Source: Heptranchias perlo
Taxonomy: Eukaryota
NCBI RefSeq assembly: GCF_035084215.1
Contig: NW_027138407.1
Coordinates: 1,054,001 to 1,118,000, forward strand
Direction: 5' to 3'
Length of the DNA stretch: 64,000 bases
Shown here: piece by piece, positions 11,409 through 25,521 of the stretch
Numbering within the stretch: position 1 is the first letter of the stretch
Layout: each line of letters opens with the position of its first letter
Made by a program: the position numbers and the translations under genes
Notes under the pieces: generated by a model
The model's database searches: none
The model's input: the letters and a program-made list of their open reading frames with translations, nothing else
What the model was told of the DNA's origin: nothing

Positions 11409-11549
11409 GTGAGAAGATTCAATCCTCTGACATTTCGATCTGACTGAAGCGGATGGACAAATCTCCAGAAGTTTCATTGAAAAAAAAATACTGACATAAA
11501 TCCCCAGACCACTAAATATCTGCATCATTCTTTTATTCCTCTTTTACAG

Positions 11550-11558
11550 GTGAAGTGA
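11550..11558 (+). CDS. IGHM: IgM TM2 exon coding part (VK*), cluster 1
   Basis: cttttacag|GTG AAG TGA completes the KVK cytoplasmic tail; AATAAA follows at 11623-11628. Confidence 0.92.
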   Translation: MK

Positions 11559-12749
11559 TCGGTTGAATTTCGGACGCTGTGGATTTTCCTAATCTGTTTT
11601 ATGAACATCTCTCTATTATTGAAATAAAATATACCCTCTTGGCGATTCTCAAATTAAAACATCTTCAGTTATTGGATGTCAATTTTTTGCTGTGAAAAAC
11701 ACAGAGGGGATTTCTGTCTTTCTCTTTAAAATGTTTATTAATATGTTAGATAATCATGGCTATAATGTTAATGTGTCTTAGAGGTTTACCTTTGTTTGAA
11801 TACTTCATTTGTAAATAAGTAACTTTTCTTATTGCTTATTCACGATCGTTTGTTCCCTTCATGTTGAGCCCCTCTTTTCCCTCTCTGGTCTCTGTTCCAG
11901 TTGTACAGATAGCTGGTAGTTCAGACAGGTTGTACTCTGTTCTCAATGTGACGCTCAGTTGTGATATGCACTTTGTGTTAACTTTTTGAAAACTTCCCTG
12001 TAAATTGTTCTCTGTGAAATTGCTAATAAATCTGAAATGATAAATGGGACTAATTTGAACTTTGCTGAGTTCCTTCTTCCAAAGACTCCTCCACAACGCT
12101 CCGTTTTCACTATCACGCCCTTTTAAAATTTTCCTGACAGGTATTTTTCATCCGTCCTGTCTAAGTTGTGTTTAAACCCAAGTCCCTTCGGTTAAGAAGC
12201 CACTATCGCTAACCAATGTCCCATCATATCAATGACACATTTAACTCTGTGTTTTTATGTCAAGCCCCAGAGGTGGAATGATTGCCTGGGGACCAAGGCC
12301 CATTTCGCAGTCTTCTCCAACCATGTTTCAATCCAGCCCTGCATTCACCTGACCTACCCGCCGACTCTCGGTACCCGCCCACAGTGCTTATTGAGGTCCA
12401 TTGGGAATAAACCAGATCTGGAGAACTTCCAGTACATTTTCAACGTGATCGGCCTTAATTCTGAGTAAGAGGAGCCTTCTGTTGCTCCCACTGTACCTGC
12501 TCCTAACTGTCTCTCTTCTCATATCTCCCACTCTCTTCTCCCCTTGGGAATTTTACTCAATTTATTTCTGCATTGATGCTGCATTCCATTCTTTTAATGC
12601 TTGCTTGCTTCCCTTTCTTTTTCTTTCTGTATTAAATTATCTCTTTCCCTTTATCTCTTCTTTTTGAAAAAATATTTCCCAATTTTTCTGACTTTACCGT
12701 TTTGTTTCTCAATTGATTGTTATTTTTAAAACCTATCGCCTGGAGTATT

Positions 12750-13430
12750 TAGCAGAACCGGAAAAGGAGTAGACATTCAGCCCCTCGAGCCTGTTCCACC
12801 ATTCCATTAGATCATGGCTGATCTGTATTTTAACTCCATCTACCGGGGTTGGTTCCGTCACCCTTAATACCATTGCCTAAAAAAATCTATCTATCTCAGT
12901 TTTGAAATTTTCAATTGACCCTCATCCTCAACAGATTTTTCGAGGATGGAATTCCAGATTTTCACTACCCTTTGTGTGAAGAAATACTTCCTGACAACAG
13001 CCTCAAGCTGCCTAGCTCTAATCTAAAGGATATGCCCCCTTGTCCTGGACTCGCCAACGAGAGGAAATAGTTTCTCTCTATCTACTCTATCAAATCCTTT
13101 AATCATTTTAAACACCACAATTAGGTCACCCTTAATCTCCTATACTCAAGGGAATATACGCCTAGTTCATGCGACCAGTACTCATAATGTAATCCTTTTA
13201 GCTCCGGTATATTTGTGGTGAATTTGTGCTACACCCCTTCAAGGACAATATGTCTTTCCTGAGGTGCGGTGTCCAGAACTGAACAAAATGGCGTCAAACC
13301 AGAGATTCATACCTTTTGCAGTCCAGTCCCCTTGAGATAAAGGCCAACATTCCATTAACCTTTTAAATTATTTTTGGCACCTGTTCACTAACTTTTACTG
13401 ATTTCCGTACTTGGACTCATAAATCTCGAG
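12750..13430 (-). mobile_element. CR1 LINE 3' fragment
   Basis: CATTCAGCCCCTCGAGCCTGTTCC end motif plus reverse ORF2 remnants; paralogue at about 55870-56570. Confidence 0.75.
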
Positions 13431-13809
13431 TGGGTCAACGCATTATTTGTTCTTGGGACGTGCTCGACTAAAGCAAGTTTTCATATACCCATCCCTTGGT
13501 GCCTTGAAGGCATGAGGTGCCAAACACCACAAGCGTGGAACTTCAATGAAGGATATCATTAAACCAATTGGGGTTTTAACAACAATGCAGTCGCTTCTGT
13601 CGTTCATTCCTGGTGTCAGCTCACATATTAGCAGCTGTTTTTCAATTCAGTTTCACGATTCGCCGTGGCGAGATTTGACCGTACGACCTACGGGTCAGCA
13701 GTCTAGTACTATAGTCGCCGGGCTGGTTGGTCCAATGTTAGAGTGCTTTCTGCAGTGTAAGCTGTCTCATTACAGAAAATGCATTAACGTTATAAAGAGT
13801 GTAACAGTT

Positions 13810-15130
13810 TAGGTTCAACGGGATGACACTAGGAAGAGCAGCTTCAGTTATGATGAGAGACTTGAGATACTTGGACGATTTCCATTAAAGCAGAGAAGGC
13901 GAAGGGATCTAATCGAGTTTGTTTTTATTGTAAACGTGTTTTGTTGTAAGGAGGATGGAGAGACTGATTCCTTTGCTTGAGGAGCCAGTAACGAAGGGTC
14001 ATCAAATTAAAATTATTATCAAGCGGATGAGAGAGGTTAGAGGAACAAAGTCATCTGGGCATACATGAAGATAAATCACTGAAAGGTCATAAAAAAGAGC
14101 CTACAGGTGACTTCAGACCCATGTCAATGTGATTGACTCATAACTGTCCTTTGAGGTGGCCTAGCAAGCCACACTGTTGTATCAAATCCTTTCAAAGAGC
14201 AGAAATGCAGTTGTTCCAGAAGATCCATCACCACATTCTCAGGGCAAATAGGGAAAAAATACCGACCTTAATAATGACGTCCACATCTCGAGAAATAATA
14301 AGGAAGGGAAAGATTTAACGGGCAGTGGTATTAATTCCTGATTGCTGGCAGAGATTGATTGATCGATTGTTTTGTGCAACGATATTAATGGTTATGAAAC
14401 GAAGGCGGGTAGATGGAGTTAAAATATAGATCACTCTTGACTTAAGTGAATGGCGGATCGAGTTGGAGGTGCTGAATGGCCTGCTTCTATGCCCCGATAT
14501 TGCTATGAGACACAGTGGGCCAAAAAGTTAGATGGGACAAATGTGGTCGTGGAAACTAAATACCCCGAGTCACCACTTCTTGATCCATTCATTGCGATAT
14601 CTGGGACCTAGTACTCCGGCCTACAAATGGGCTGGAGCATATTAATGTGTTAATGACGTCATATTAAGGCACTTCCACAGCGCAGATTCACAGTAATGAT
14701 ACTGGGGCTAAAAGGCTTCAACTATGAGGGTAGGTTGCATAGATAAAGCTTGTATTATCTTGCGTGTAGGGGATTAAGGGTTGATCTAATTGAGGTGTTT
14801 AAGACGAGTAAAGGATTCGATAGGGTAGATGGAGAGAAATTACTTCCTCTGGTGGGGGAGTCCGGAACAAGAGGGCAGAACCTTAAAATTAGAACTCGGC
14901 CTTTCAGGGGTGATGCCAGGCAGCACTTCGTCAAACAAAGGGTAGTGAAAATCTGAAACACTCTCCCCCAAAAGGTTGTTGAGGCTGGCGTTCAATTCAG
15001 AATGTCATAACTTAGCTTAGGGTATTAAGGGTTTCTAGACCAAGGCGATGGAGTTAAGATACAGATCAGTCGTGATTTAATTGAATGGCGGAACAGGCTC
15101 GAGGGGCTTCCTCTCTTCCTATGTTCCTAT
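13810..15130 (+). mobile_element. Patchwork of CR1 3' fragments and a SINE fragment
   Basis: ORF 14750-14956 has LRVDLIEVFK..KGFDRVDGEKLLPLVGESGTRGQNLKIR; a SINE-like piece lies at about 14105-14300. Confidence 0.65.
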
Positions 15131-15299
15131 GTTTTATGTTCAGGTCCAGGAACATTTTGTCAAAATCATTATGTTGCAGGATATCTTGTGATGAGGTCCC
15201 TGCTACCACTAGCTTTTCCAGTGATTTCGTTTTCTCGGAAGTGCTAATTACAAACGATTCCCTTTCAAATTGACCTGCTAGCTCATAAATGACTTTGGA

Positions 15300-15520
15300 G
15301 ACATACACACATGCACAGTCACACACACAAACACACATACATACAAACCCACAGTGAAACACACACACAGTCACTCATATATACACATGCACACACACAT
15401 ATATACAAACACACACACTCACACAGAGATATACACACACATACACACACTTACACAGACACATACATCCACAGGCATTCACACACACATACATACACCC
15501 AAAAGCATACATGCACACTG
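15300..15520. repeat. Compound (CA/TA)n microsatellite (paralogue at 59163-59402)
   Basis: Direct inspection. Confidence 0.9.
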
Positions 15521-16004
15521 TGAAACTACAAAGAGCTGGCTCCCTGGTACACCACTGTACGCTAAGAAGGAACGCTAGGTGGCGCTCCAGACCAAACCAA
15601 GTGATTTTCTCGAACTGCAGCCGTCAGTCCGCCGTCCTGCAGGGCCGCTGAAGTATGAAACACTGGGGAAGGGAATCTACATCCCTCAGATCGGCTATCC
15701 TTCTTTACCATGAGTTCCAACATATCTTAAAAGACAGTTATGAGATTGTGGCATGTGGTTCATTCATATTGATCAGTTTTGAGCAAGCTATTTTCTTAAA
15801 GACAGTGCGCCATGCAAGATCTATCCATCTGTGTAATATAGCTCTATGTTTAACATTTTACACAGACAGACACACACAGGCATACATCTACAGATAGAAA
15901 GTCATGCAGATAAATAGACAGACAGGCAGGTCGATAGATAGATAGTTAGATAGATAGACGTCCATGAAATTGAATTATCGGGCGAGGTAACTGGTGGCCG
16001 ATGC

Positions 16005-16480
16005 CATCCAAATCTTTCATACCATGTACAGCACAGGTTAGATACAGAATAAAACTCCATCTACGCTGTCCCATCAACAACTCCAGGGCAGATGCAGGAG
16101 ATAGAGATGAAAACTTCCCCTGCACTATCCGCATCAAACAATCCCAGTACAGGTACAGCATGTGTTAGACACAGAATTAAGCTTCCCCTACATTGTATTA
16201 TCAAACACTCCCAGGACAAGTACAGCACTGGTTCCGTGCGGAGTAAAGCGCCCTCAACACGCATCAAACGCCCATCAAACAATCCGAGCGCTGGTATAGA
16301 TCGCGTTAGATACCGAGAACAGCTCCCTGTGCACAGTCCGTCAAACACTTCCAGGGTAGGTACAGCACGGGTTAGATATAGAATTGAGCTCCCTCCACAT
16401 TGCCCCATGAAACACTTCCAGGATATTTAATGCTCAAGTTGCATTTTAGAGTAAATCTCCCTCTGCGCACTCCCATCAAT
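16005..16480 (+). repeat. Degenerate ~67-bp satellite, about 6 copies
   Basis: GGTACAGCACGGGTTAGATACAGAGTAAAGCTCCCTCTACACTGTCCCATCAAACACTCCCAGGGCA-type units. Confidence 0.85.
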
Positions 16481-16759
16481 TTGGTTCGAGGCCTATGATT
16501 GTGGCTGAGAGAGAAGTTTTGCAACACATTGATATCTTGATATAGGATGGGGGGCGGGGTGGGGAAGGCAAACAACACCCATTTTTGAGAGGCAGGACAG
16601 AAGGTCGAAATAGGAGATAGAGGCGACATGTGGTCAAAAAAATAAACAGCGAGTTGTTATGATCCGGAATACATTGCCTGAAAGGGTGGTTCTAGCAGCT
16701 TAAACAGCAACTTTCAAAAGGGAATTGGATAAATACTTGAATGGGGAAAATTTGCAACA

Positions 16760-17335
16760 TCCGCAACTTCGCCGATCACTGCCACCTCCCTCCCCCAACT
16801 CAGCTCTACTCTTGCTGAAGCCCTCCTTCATGCCGTTGTTACCTTAACACGTGACTATTCCAATGCTCCCTTGGCCGGCCTCCCAGCTTCCACCCTCCAT
16901 AAGCTTCGGTTCATCCAAAGCTCTCCTGCCCGTAACTCGCATCAAGTCCCTTTCACTCATCATCCCTGTGATTGCTGACCTACATTGGCTCCCGGTTTGG
17001 CAACGCCTCGATTTTAAAGCCTTCTTTTCAAATTCTTCCATGACCTCGCCCTTCCCTATCTCTGTAACCTCCTCCAGCCCTATAACTTCCCAAGATCTCT
17101 GTGCTCCTCCAATTCTGACCCCTTGCTCATCGCCAATTTTAATCGCTCCACCATTGGCTGCCGTGCCTTCAGCTTCCTAGGCTCTAAGTTCCTTAATATC
17201 TACCTCTTTGACCAAGCTTTTGGCCTGCTATCCTAATACCTCCTTATGTGGTTCGGTGTCAAATGTTGTTTGATAACGCTCAAGTGAAGCGCCTTGGGAC
17301 GTTATGTAGCCATACAAATGCAACTTATTGTTGAA
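16760..17335 (+). mobile_element. L2-type LINE 3' fragment
   Basis: PVIADLHWLPVWQRLDFK is the L2 ORF2 C-terminal signature; tail GTGAAGCGCCTTGGGAC...AAATGCAA. Confidence 0.8.
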
Positions 17336-17970
17336 AGAGGAGAGTGGTACTAATTGGATAGCTCTTTCAAAGAACTGGCGCAGACACGTTGGGCCAAATG
17401 GCCTTCTTCTGTGTTGTAGCATTTTATGATTCTATGAAATTAATCTGTGATGTCGCTATATAGAGTGACGAGAGGGATACCTGACCCATTATGAATGTTG
17501 GTACCCTCTTTACTTTATTTGCCCATAACTTACAGAAATGTACCAAAAAAACTATTGATACTTGAATCCGTTGAGACATTTGCATTTTCGCTCCCTTTAT
17601 TTCAGTATTGTGTTGGTGGGGGAACATTTATCGTGTTTCAGTCCCTGAATACTCTAATCTCGGCCTTCCGTTTATGAGTTTGTTTCTATAAACGTCTCAC
17701 CAGTTTCAATGAAATGTACATGGCACCAAAACCAGATCAACAAAGTCACTTCATGATTTGTTTGAACTCACAAAAAGGTTTCTTTTAATAATATTGTTAG
17801 TAGGTACAAAATAAATAGAAATGTCTCGAACATTGTCATCAATTTCAGTTTTGTTCAATTAGAACAGATGTTATTTATATCGAAGGGAAAAATATTAAAA
17901 TTAACCATTCAATTTCTGAAAGTTATGCGGCTGATATCACGGAATATCTTTGAATAGCCTGGTGTTCCAT

Positions 17971-19420
17971 AAGAACATAAGAACATAAGAACATAAGAAA
18001 TTGGAGCAGGAGTAGGCCAATCGGCCCCTCGAGCCTGCTCCGCCATTCAATAAGATCATGGCTGATCTGATCCCAACCACAAATCTAAAGAACACAAGAA
18101 GTCGGAGCAGGACCCGGCCACATAGCCCCTGGGCCCTCTCCGCCACCCACAGGGCATTGACCGATCCGAACTCAGCTTCATGTCCAATTTCCTGCCCGCT
18201 CCCCATAACCCCTAATTCCCTTTACTTCTAGGAAACTGTCTATTTCTGTTTTAAATTTATCTAATGATGTAGCTTCCACAGCTTCCTGGGGCAGCAAATT
18301 CCACAGACCTACCACCCTCTGAGTGAAGAAGTTTCTCCTCATCTCAGTTTTGAAAGAGCAGCCCCTTATTCTAAGATTATGCCCCCTAGTTCTAGTTTCA
18401 CCCATCTTTGGGAACATCCTTACTGCATCCACCCGATCAAGACCCTTCACAATCTTATATGTTTCAATAAGATCGCCTCTCATTCTTCTGAACTCCAATG
18501 AGTAGAGTCCCAATCTACTCAACCTCTCCTCATATGTCCGCCCCCTCATCCCCGGGATTAACCGAGTGAACCTTCTTTGTACTGCCTCGAGAGCAAGTAT
18601 GTCTTTTCTTAAGTATGGAGACCAAAACTGTATGCAGTATTCCAGGTGCGGTCTCACCAATACCTTATATAACTGCAGCAATACCTCCTTGTTTTTATAT
18701 TCTATCCCCCTAGCAATAAAAGCCAACATTCCGTTGGCTTTCTTGATCACCTGCTGCACCTGCATACCAACTTTTTGATTTTCTTGCACTAGGACCCCCA
18801 GGTCCCTTTGTACTGCAGTACTTTCCAGTCTCTCGCCATTAAGAAAATAACTTGCTCTCTGATTTTTCCTGCCAAAGTGCATAACCTCACATTTTCCAAT
18901 ATTATATTGCATCTGCCAAATCTCCGCCCACTCACCCAGCCTGTCTATATCCCCTTGCAGGTTTTTTATGTCCTCCTCACTCTCTACTTTCCCTCCCATC
19001 TTTGTATCATCTGCAAATTTTGATATGTTGCACTCGGTCCCCTCCTCCAAATCGTTAATATAGATTGTAAAGAGTTGGGGACCCAGCACCGACCCCTGTG
19101 GAACACCACTGGTTACTGGTTGCCAGTCCGAAAATGAACCATTTATCCCAACTCTCTGCTTCCTGTTTGATAACCAATCCTCCACCCATGCCAGAATATT
19201 ACCCCCAATCCCGTGATTTTTTATCTTAAGTAATAATCTTTTATGTGGCACCTTGTCGAATGCCTTCTGGAAGTCTAAATACACTACGTCCACTGGTTCC
19301 CCTTTATCCACCCTATACGTTATATCCTCGAAGAACTCAAGCAAATTTGTCAGACATGACTTCCCCTTCATAAAGCCATGCTGACTTTGTCCTATTAAAT
19401 TATGCTTATCTAAATGTTCC
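17971..19420 (-). mobile_element. Young 5'-truncated CR1 LINE with uninterrupted RT frame
   Basis: ORF 18178-19632 contains QHGF, YLDFQKAFDKV, GVPQGSVLGP and FADDT. (CATAAGAA)n tail at 17968-17999; target-site duplication GTTCCAT at 17964-17970 and 19421-19427. Confidence 0.95.
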
Positions 19421-19559
19421 GTTCCATTGGATGTCAACTCGGTGGAGGCTTGAACTGTTAAAACAGTGACAAGACCAGTGTCCAGTGCATTAATTTCAGA
19501 GCTTACAACATATTGCAACTTGTATTTTAAAATGTTGCTAAGGAAACTGTTTTGGCAGA

Positions 19560-21030
19560 ATAAATAAGGAGAAACTGTTTCCAGTCGGCAAGGTTCGGGA
19601 ACCAGAGAACAGCGATTGAAGGCAATTGGCAAAAGAACTAGAGGCTACATAGGCTATGTGTTGTTATGACCTGGAATGCACTGCCTGAAAGGTGAGGGAA
19701 GAAGATTCAATCGCAAATTTCAAAAGAGAATTGGATGAATACTTGACGGGAAAAATTACACGGCTATGGGGAAAGAGCAAGGGAGTGGGACTAATCGGAT
19801 AGCTGTTTCAAAGTGCCGGCACAGGCATGATGGGCCGAATTGCCTCCTTCTGTGCTATAACATACTATGATACTATGAGCTTGCATTTCTGTAGCGCCTT
19901 TCACGACTTCAGGTCGTCCAAAAGCGCTTTACAGCCAAAATTACTTTATGAATTGCAGTCACTGTTGTAATGTAGCGAAACATGGCAGACAATTTGCGCA
20001 CAGTTTGCTCCCACAATCAAAAACATGATAATGACCAGATGAAATGTTTCTAAATGTTGTTGGCTGAGGGGTAAATATTGGTCCAGGACACTGGAGAGAA
20101 CTCCCAACCTCTTCTTCGAAGTGTTGTAATGCGTTACCTACATTACATCGAATTACATAGACATTACAGCGCAGAAACAGGCCATTCGACCCAACTGGTC
20201 TATGCCGGTGTCCTCCCACCCTACTTCACCAAACCATGCCTGCAATCCAATCTATTCCTTCCTGCCGCATTTACTTATCGAGCTTCCCTTAAATTCACCA
20301 AAGCTATTCGCCTCAGCTACTCCACGTGCCACATTCCAACGACTGTCTGGGTAAAGAAATTTCTCCTCAATTCCTTCTTGGATTTATTAGTGACTATCTT
20401 ATATTTATGACTTCTGGTTTTAGATTCCACCCACAAATGGAAACATGTTCTCTACGTCTAAGCAATGAAATCCCTTCATACTTTCACGGACCTCTATTAG
20501 GTCACCCCTCAACCTTCTCTTTTCTACAGAAGAGAGCTCCAGCCTGCTCAGTCTTTCCTCATAGTTATAACGTATCATCCTTGTAAATCTTTTTCACACC
20601 TTCTCCAGTGCATTTATATCATTTTTGTAATAAGAAGGCCAGAACTCTGCACATCACTCCAAGTGTGATCTAACAATGGTTGTATATAAGTGTAACATAA
20701 ATTCTATTTTGTTCAATTCAATTCCTCTAGAAACGATCCCCATTGCTTTGTTTGCAAATTATTGCCTTCTGAACCTGCGTTGCTACTTTTAATGATTTGT
20801 AAATGTGTTCCCCCAGATCCCTTTGCTCGCCTGCCCTGTTCAGACTCTTATTTTCCAGGGATTAGGTGGCCTCCTTATTCCTCCTACCAAAATGCACCAC
20901 CTCACACTTATCTATATTGAAATTAATTTGACAATTACAACAGCAGCTACACGTCTAAAAATTGTCTGGAGAACTCTTTGAGATGTCCTGAGGTCGTGAA
21001 TGGCGCTATATAAATGCAAGTCTTTTTATG
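19560..21030. mobile_element. Nested CR1 tail, DeuSINE and reverse CR1 fragments
   Basis: CR1 3' UTR on + at 19570-19878, DeuSINE tail half at 19879-20125, reverse CR1 at 20150-20935, SINE tail at 20940-21027. Confidence 0.65.
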
Positions 21031-23484
21031 GTTTGAATGAGTTTAAACAGCCTGTCAAAGTGCTCGGATGCAGCATTTCCACGGCCAAGAAGCAGAAATA
21101 TCAAGTAAATAGAAAGAAAAAGATGGCATGACAAATACACGTAAAGCAATGTACTCCACAAACAATGAATGACTTTGAAACCTTGCTAATTAACAAAAGG
21201 GGAAGTCACAGAGCAGTGAAATAAATTATGTTGTGGTGGTTGAAGGAATGGTGTTAACCCGGACTCCCGAATAAGTCCCTTCCCTTCCTCAAAGGGCACC
21301 ACAGAACATTAGAAGTTCGCGGCACAGAAACAAGCCTTTTGCCCATGGCCTCCATGCAGGATCTGTGTTGTAACTATCCAAAGCTAAATTCGCTCTCATC
21401 GCATGGCCCGGTGTCATCTTTGCTTCGAATATATTTCTCGACCGTTCCCTTAGAAGATGCAATGGTCTCTGTCTCAGTCAGGAGCGAACTCACTTAACTT
21501 CCCTCTGTGTCCTGGGGTTATATAATATTGGTGATTTCTGGTCATTCGGTTCCGCCAACTGGAGGAATTTTTTCTCCGCAAATCACCATTTCAAACCAAT
21601 TCATAATTTTAAAAGTTAAGTCTCTTTTTAGTCTTATTTGCGGCGCAAATAATCCTACATGGTCACAAATCTCCACACCAGATATCGTGCCGCGCCCGGT
21701 ACTCTCTTGGTGAATCTACACTGTATCCTGTTATTGATCTACTGACATTTTCATCAATCGGATGCGCCAAAACTATGAAATGTTTAATGGCCATCTGAAG
21801 CACCCGAACAGGTGCATAGGAAGTCGGTTTAATGACGCATTCGAGCGTCTGCACCTCCGACTTTGCAGCCGAGATAATGAGCACTTTACGTTCTCGGTCA
21901 CATGGTTGACTCCTGCCCAGAAACTCTGATGCTAAGTTCAGGATGTCAACTTCTTGTGATTCCATAAAGAGACAAACTGAAATCATTTTATTTGTTGTTG
22001 TGAGCAACGAAATTATGGAGTGAGCAATGTGCATCTTAGAATCCTCCAATGCACCGCGCGGAGGGAGGCAATCCTTCCAGCCCTGTCTGTGCTGGTGCCG
22101 GCTGTTCAACGGGAGTTGTTTACTGTAGTCTTATTTCCCTGCCCTTTCCCGCTATCATTTATATAGCCTCTATTTTCAAACGTCTCTCCATCTCTTTGTG
22201 TCTATTCCTCTGCCCCTAATTGTATCACTCTGTTGTAATATATCCCCCTGTCCCATCACCTCTTCCGTGTGTACTTCTCTCTTTCTCTCTTTCTTTCTTT
22301 CTTTCATCAGTGTTTTAATCTCTGCCTCAGCATCCACTTGTGGCGACGCCTTCTACTTTCTAATAACCATCTTTGGGGGATTTCTGTTTAACTGCCCCTC
22401 ATTTCTCCCAATGATTTCCTTCAGTTTTTCTCCCTTTTTAGTGAACGTATGAAAATCAAATAAGTTCATGTGTTTTATTCTTTAAAATTAAGATGGATGC
22501 GTATACAATGTTGAAACAAGAAGCAAGCTATACTCTGGTTATCGTTGCTGTCAGGGTACTCCCGCCCACACATACAGGAAGAATGTTCATGAGGAACACA
22601 TGAAGCTGCTGCCTGGTATTTCATTCTGAGTGGACACACTTCCTGTTTTTTCTGCTGCCGGCTCGAAACCGCACATCTCACTTCTGAGCAAAACATAAAT
22701 ACAATGGCTTCAATCTGATGGAAACATCTTACAACGCGGCCTATATCTGACCGCAGAGTCGGGGCAGGACGGCAGAGATAGCATCGTGGTGACATTTGCA
22801 AATGAGTCCATTGTTTCTGTTAGAATCTCCTTTCCCGGACATGCCTGGCGTTATCCTTAGAGCAGTCTCTGAGCTCCCTCTGCTATCTGAAGCCGTGAGC
22901 TGATAGTTTGATCCCTGTCATGTTATATTTTCTCTGTGTTACTTGTTTCTCTATTTCTCAGCTTTTATCCTCGTGTCTCTTTCTCTTTTTAAATGTCTTT
23001 CTCCAATTATTTCTCTCTTTCTCAGTTTTTCTGTCTGTCTGGGCTTCATAAATAAAGTACAACATTGGACACAATACTGAAAATAGTGGGCAAATAAACA
23101 AGTATTTGATCCCAGCAAACCCTTTGGCCCTGCTGAAGAAGGTGATGAACCGACTATTATGGCAGCATATCCTTCCTTTGTTGTGGTTACACTAAAAAGC
23201 TTGGGAATAATTTTCCTCTTCATTGCCGGGGCAGTAATCCTTTCCCAGGATCAATTAATTATAATTTGTAAAAGTTCCGGGGCCTTTCTTAATGTCTGAA
23301 TAGGGCTCAAAGACACTCGCAATTTCCAGCTCTCTCCCGCCCCTTTGTTTTTTACACTGGATCTCGCTTCTGGATCACTTCGCTATGTTATTCTTCAAAT
23401 AGATTCCATTTCCGCTCTGGTAACATTACACCCCTCCCTGTTAGTTTTACAACAAAAACACATCTATTGTTTTGGACAAAAAAA

Positions 23485-23925
23485 AGGAAAGACTTGAATT
23501 TATATAGCGCCTTTCACAACCTCAGAAGCTTTGCAGCCAGTGAAGTACTTTTGAAGAGTAGTCACTGTTACAATGTCGGAAATGCTGCAATCAATCTCTG
23601 CAAAGCTTGTGCCCACAATTAGCAATGTGATAATGACTAGATCATCTGTTTTTAGTGATGTTGGCTGAGGGATAAATATTATCCAGGACACCATGGAGAA
23701 CTCCTCTGCTCCTCTTTGACATAGTGCCATGGGATCTTTTATATCAACCGGAGAGGGCAGATTTAACGTCTCATATGTAAGGTGGCACCTCCGACAGTGC
23801 GGTACTCCCTCAGTACTGGACCTGGAGCATCGGCCTACATTACGTGCTCAAGTCTTTGAAGTGGGACGTGAAACCATGACTTTATGAATCAGGGGCGAGA
23901 GTGCTGCCCACCGGGCCAAAGCTGA
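23485..23925 (-). mobile_element. DeuSINE/SacSINE1-like SINE, near full length
   Basis: GACTTGAATTTATATAGCGCC tail through ...GGCGAGAGTGCTGCCCACCGGGCCA tRNA-like head, in reverse orientation. Confidence 0.78.
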
Positions 23926-25521
23926 TATGATCCCTTCCCTGTTCTCATTAAACCAGACCGTGCCGGTGTTATTACACTCACCCCACCCCATTAATAGTGC
24001 GGTGGTCCTTGACTCTGTTATTCGATATTAGTCAATGTCTTCGCTATTAAAGCATTAGGCCCTGACTCGAACACGCTGCCTGTTATTATTGCATGCGTGC
24101 CAATCTTTGTTTCGATTGCATGAGACACTCCCTTTTTATCATCATACTAGATCCAGCATTGTGTTCAGTATTACTCTGGAGTCTACCTCTATTATTAGAT
24201 CAAACACATATCTCAGTTAATATTATATTAGGTCCTGTCTCAGTTATTATTGTACTTGACCATGTCTCTCTTTATATTACACCATACCACGGCTCTCTTT
24301 ATTTTATACGAGATCCTGTCTCTGTTTATATTAAACTAGATTCTGTTTCTGCTTACATTAGACCCCGTCTCAGTTATTACAGCGCTAAACCCTGTTTCTG
24401 TTTATATTAGACGAGACCATGTCTGAGTTATTAATGCATTAGACCATGTCTCTGTTAATATTACACTAGAAAGTGCATCAGTTATTACTGCACGAGGCCA
24501 CTTGTCTGTTTATATTACACTAGAGCGGGTCTCTCTGTTTGTATTACACTTGGCCACGTCTCTGTTTATATTGTACTATACCATGCCTCTGTCTATATTA
24601 CTCTAGATGGAGTCACCTTTTGTTATACTAGGCCCTGTCTCAATTATTACTGCACTAGACGACACCTCTTTTAATATTACACTATCCGTGTCTCAGTTAT
24701 TTCTATACTCGACCATGTCTCTGTTTCGATTACACTAGACCAAGTCATGTTTATATTATACCAGGTCCTGACTCACTTATTACTGCACTAGACAATGGCT
24801 CTGTCTATATTACACTAGGTCATGTGTCTCAGCCATTAATACACAGGGACATGTCTCAGTCATTACTGTACTAGGCCATGCCTCTGTTTAAATTACACCT
24901 GGACATTTCTCAGTTATTACTGCACTGGACAATGTCTCTGTTTATATTGCACTAGACCCTGTCCGAGATATTACTGCGCTAGACCATAGCTCTGTTTATA
25001 TTACACTAGACCAAGTCCAGTTATTATTGCACTTGATCCTATCTCTGTTTTTGCATTACACTAGACCCTATTTCCGTTATTACTGCACTAGACCCCGTAT
25101 CTGTTTATATTACGCCTGTCCGTTTCTCAGTTAATACTGCACTACACAATGTCTTTTTTTCACCACACTGCGCCCTGACTCACTTACTACTGCAGTACAC
25201 CCTGACTCTATTTATATTACACGAGACCCAATCTCAGTTGTTACTGCAGTAGAGAATGCCTCTCCTTACATTACACTGGACCATGTCTCTGTTTATATTA
25301 CAACAGTCCATGTCTCCGTTTTTAGTGCACTAGACCATGTGACTGATTATATTACACTAGACCCTGCCTTAGGTATTAATGTGCTAGATCCATGCCTCTG
25401 TTTATATTACACTAGACCATTTCTCAGTTATTATTGCACTAGCCCACGTCTCTGTTAATATCCTACTAGGTTATGTCTCGATTATATCAAGCTTCTGTTT
25501 ATACTACACTAGGTCTCCTTT

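Noticed and set aside
3243-11558. IgW, IgNAR or IgM1gj constant region
   Set aside because: Four C exons including Cmu2, with mu-type tail and TM; no additional C domains found.
15311-15578. His/Thr-rich ORFs (also 53431-53712 and 59089-59401)
   Set aside because: Translations of (CA)n microsatellites.
19421-19632. N-terminal 70 aa of the 484-aa ORF as a domesticated RT gene
   Set aside because: This part lies outside the TSD-bounded insertion; it is chance read-through from flank with a non-ATG start.
23860-23925. tRNA-like A/B box sequence
   Set aside because: Degenerate SINE head, not a foldable tRNA gene.
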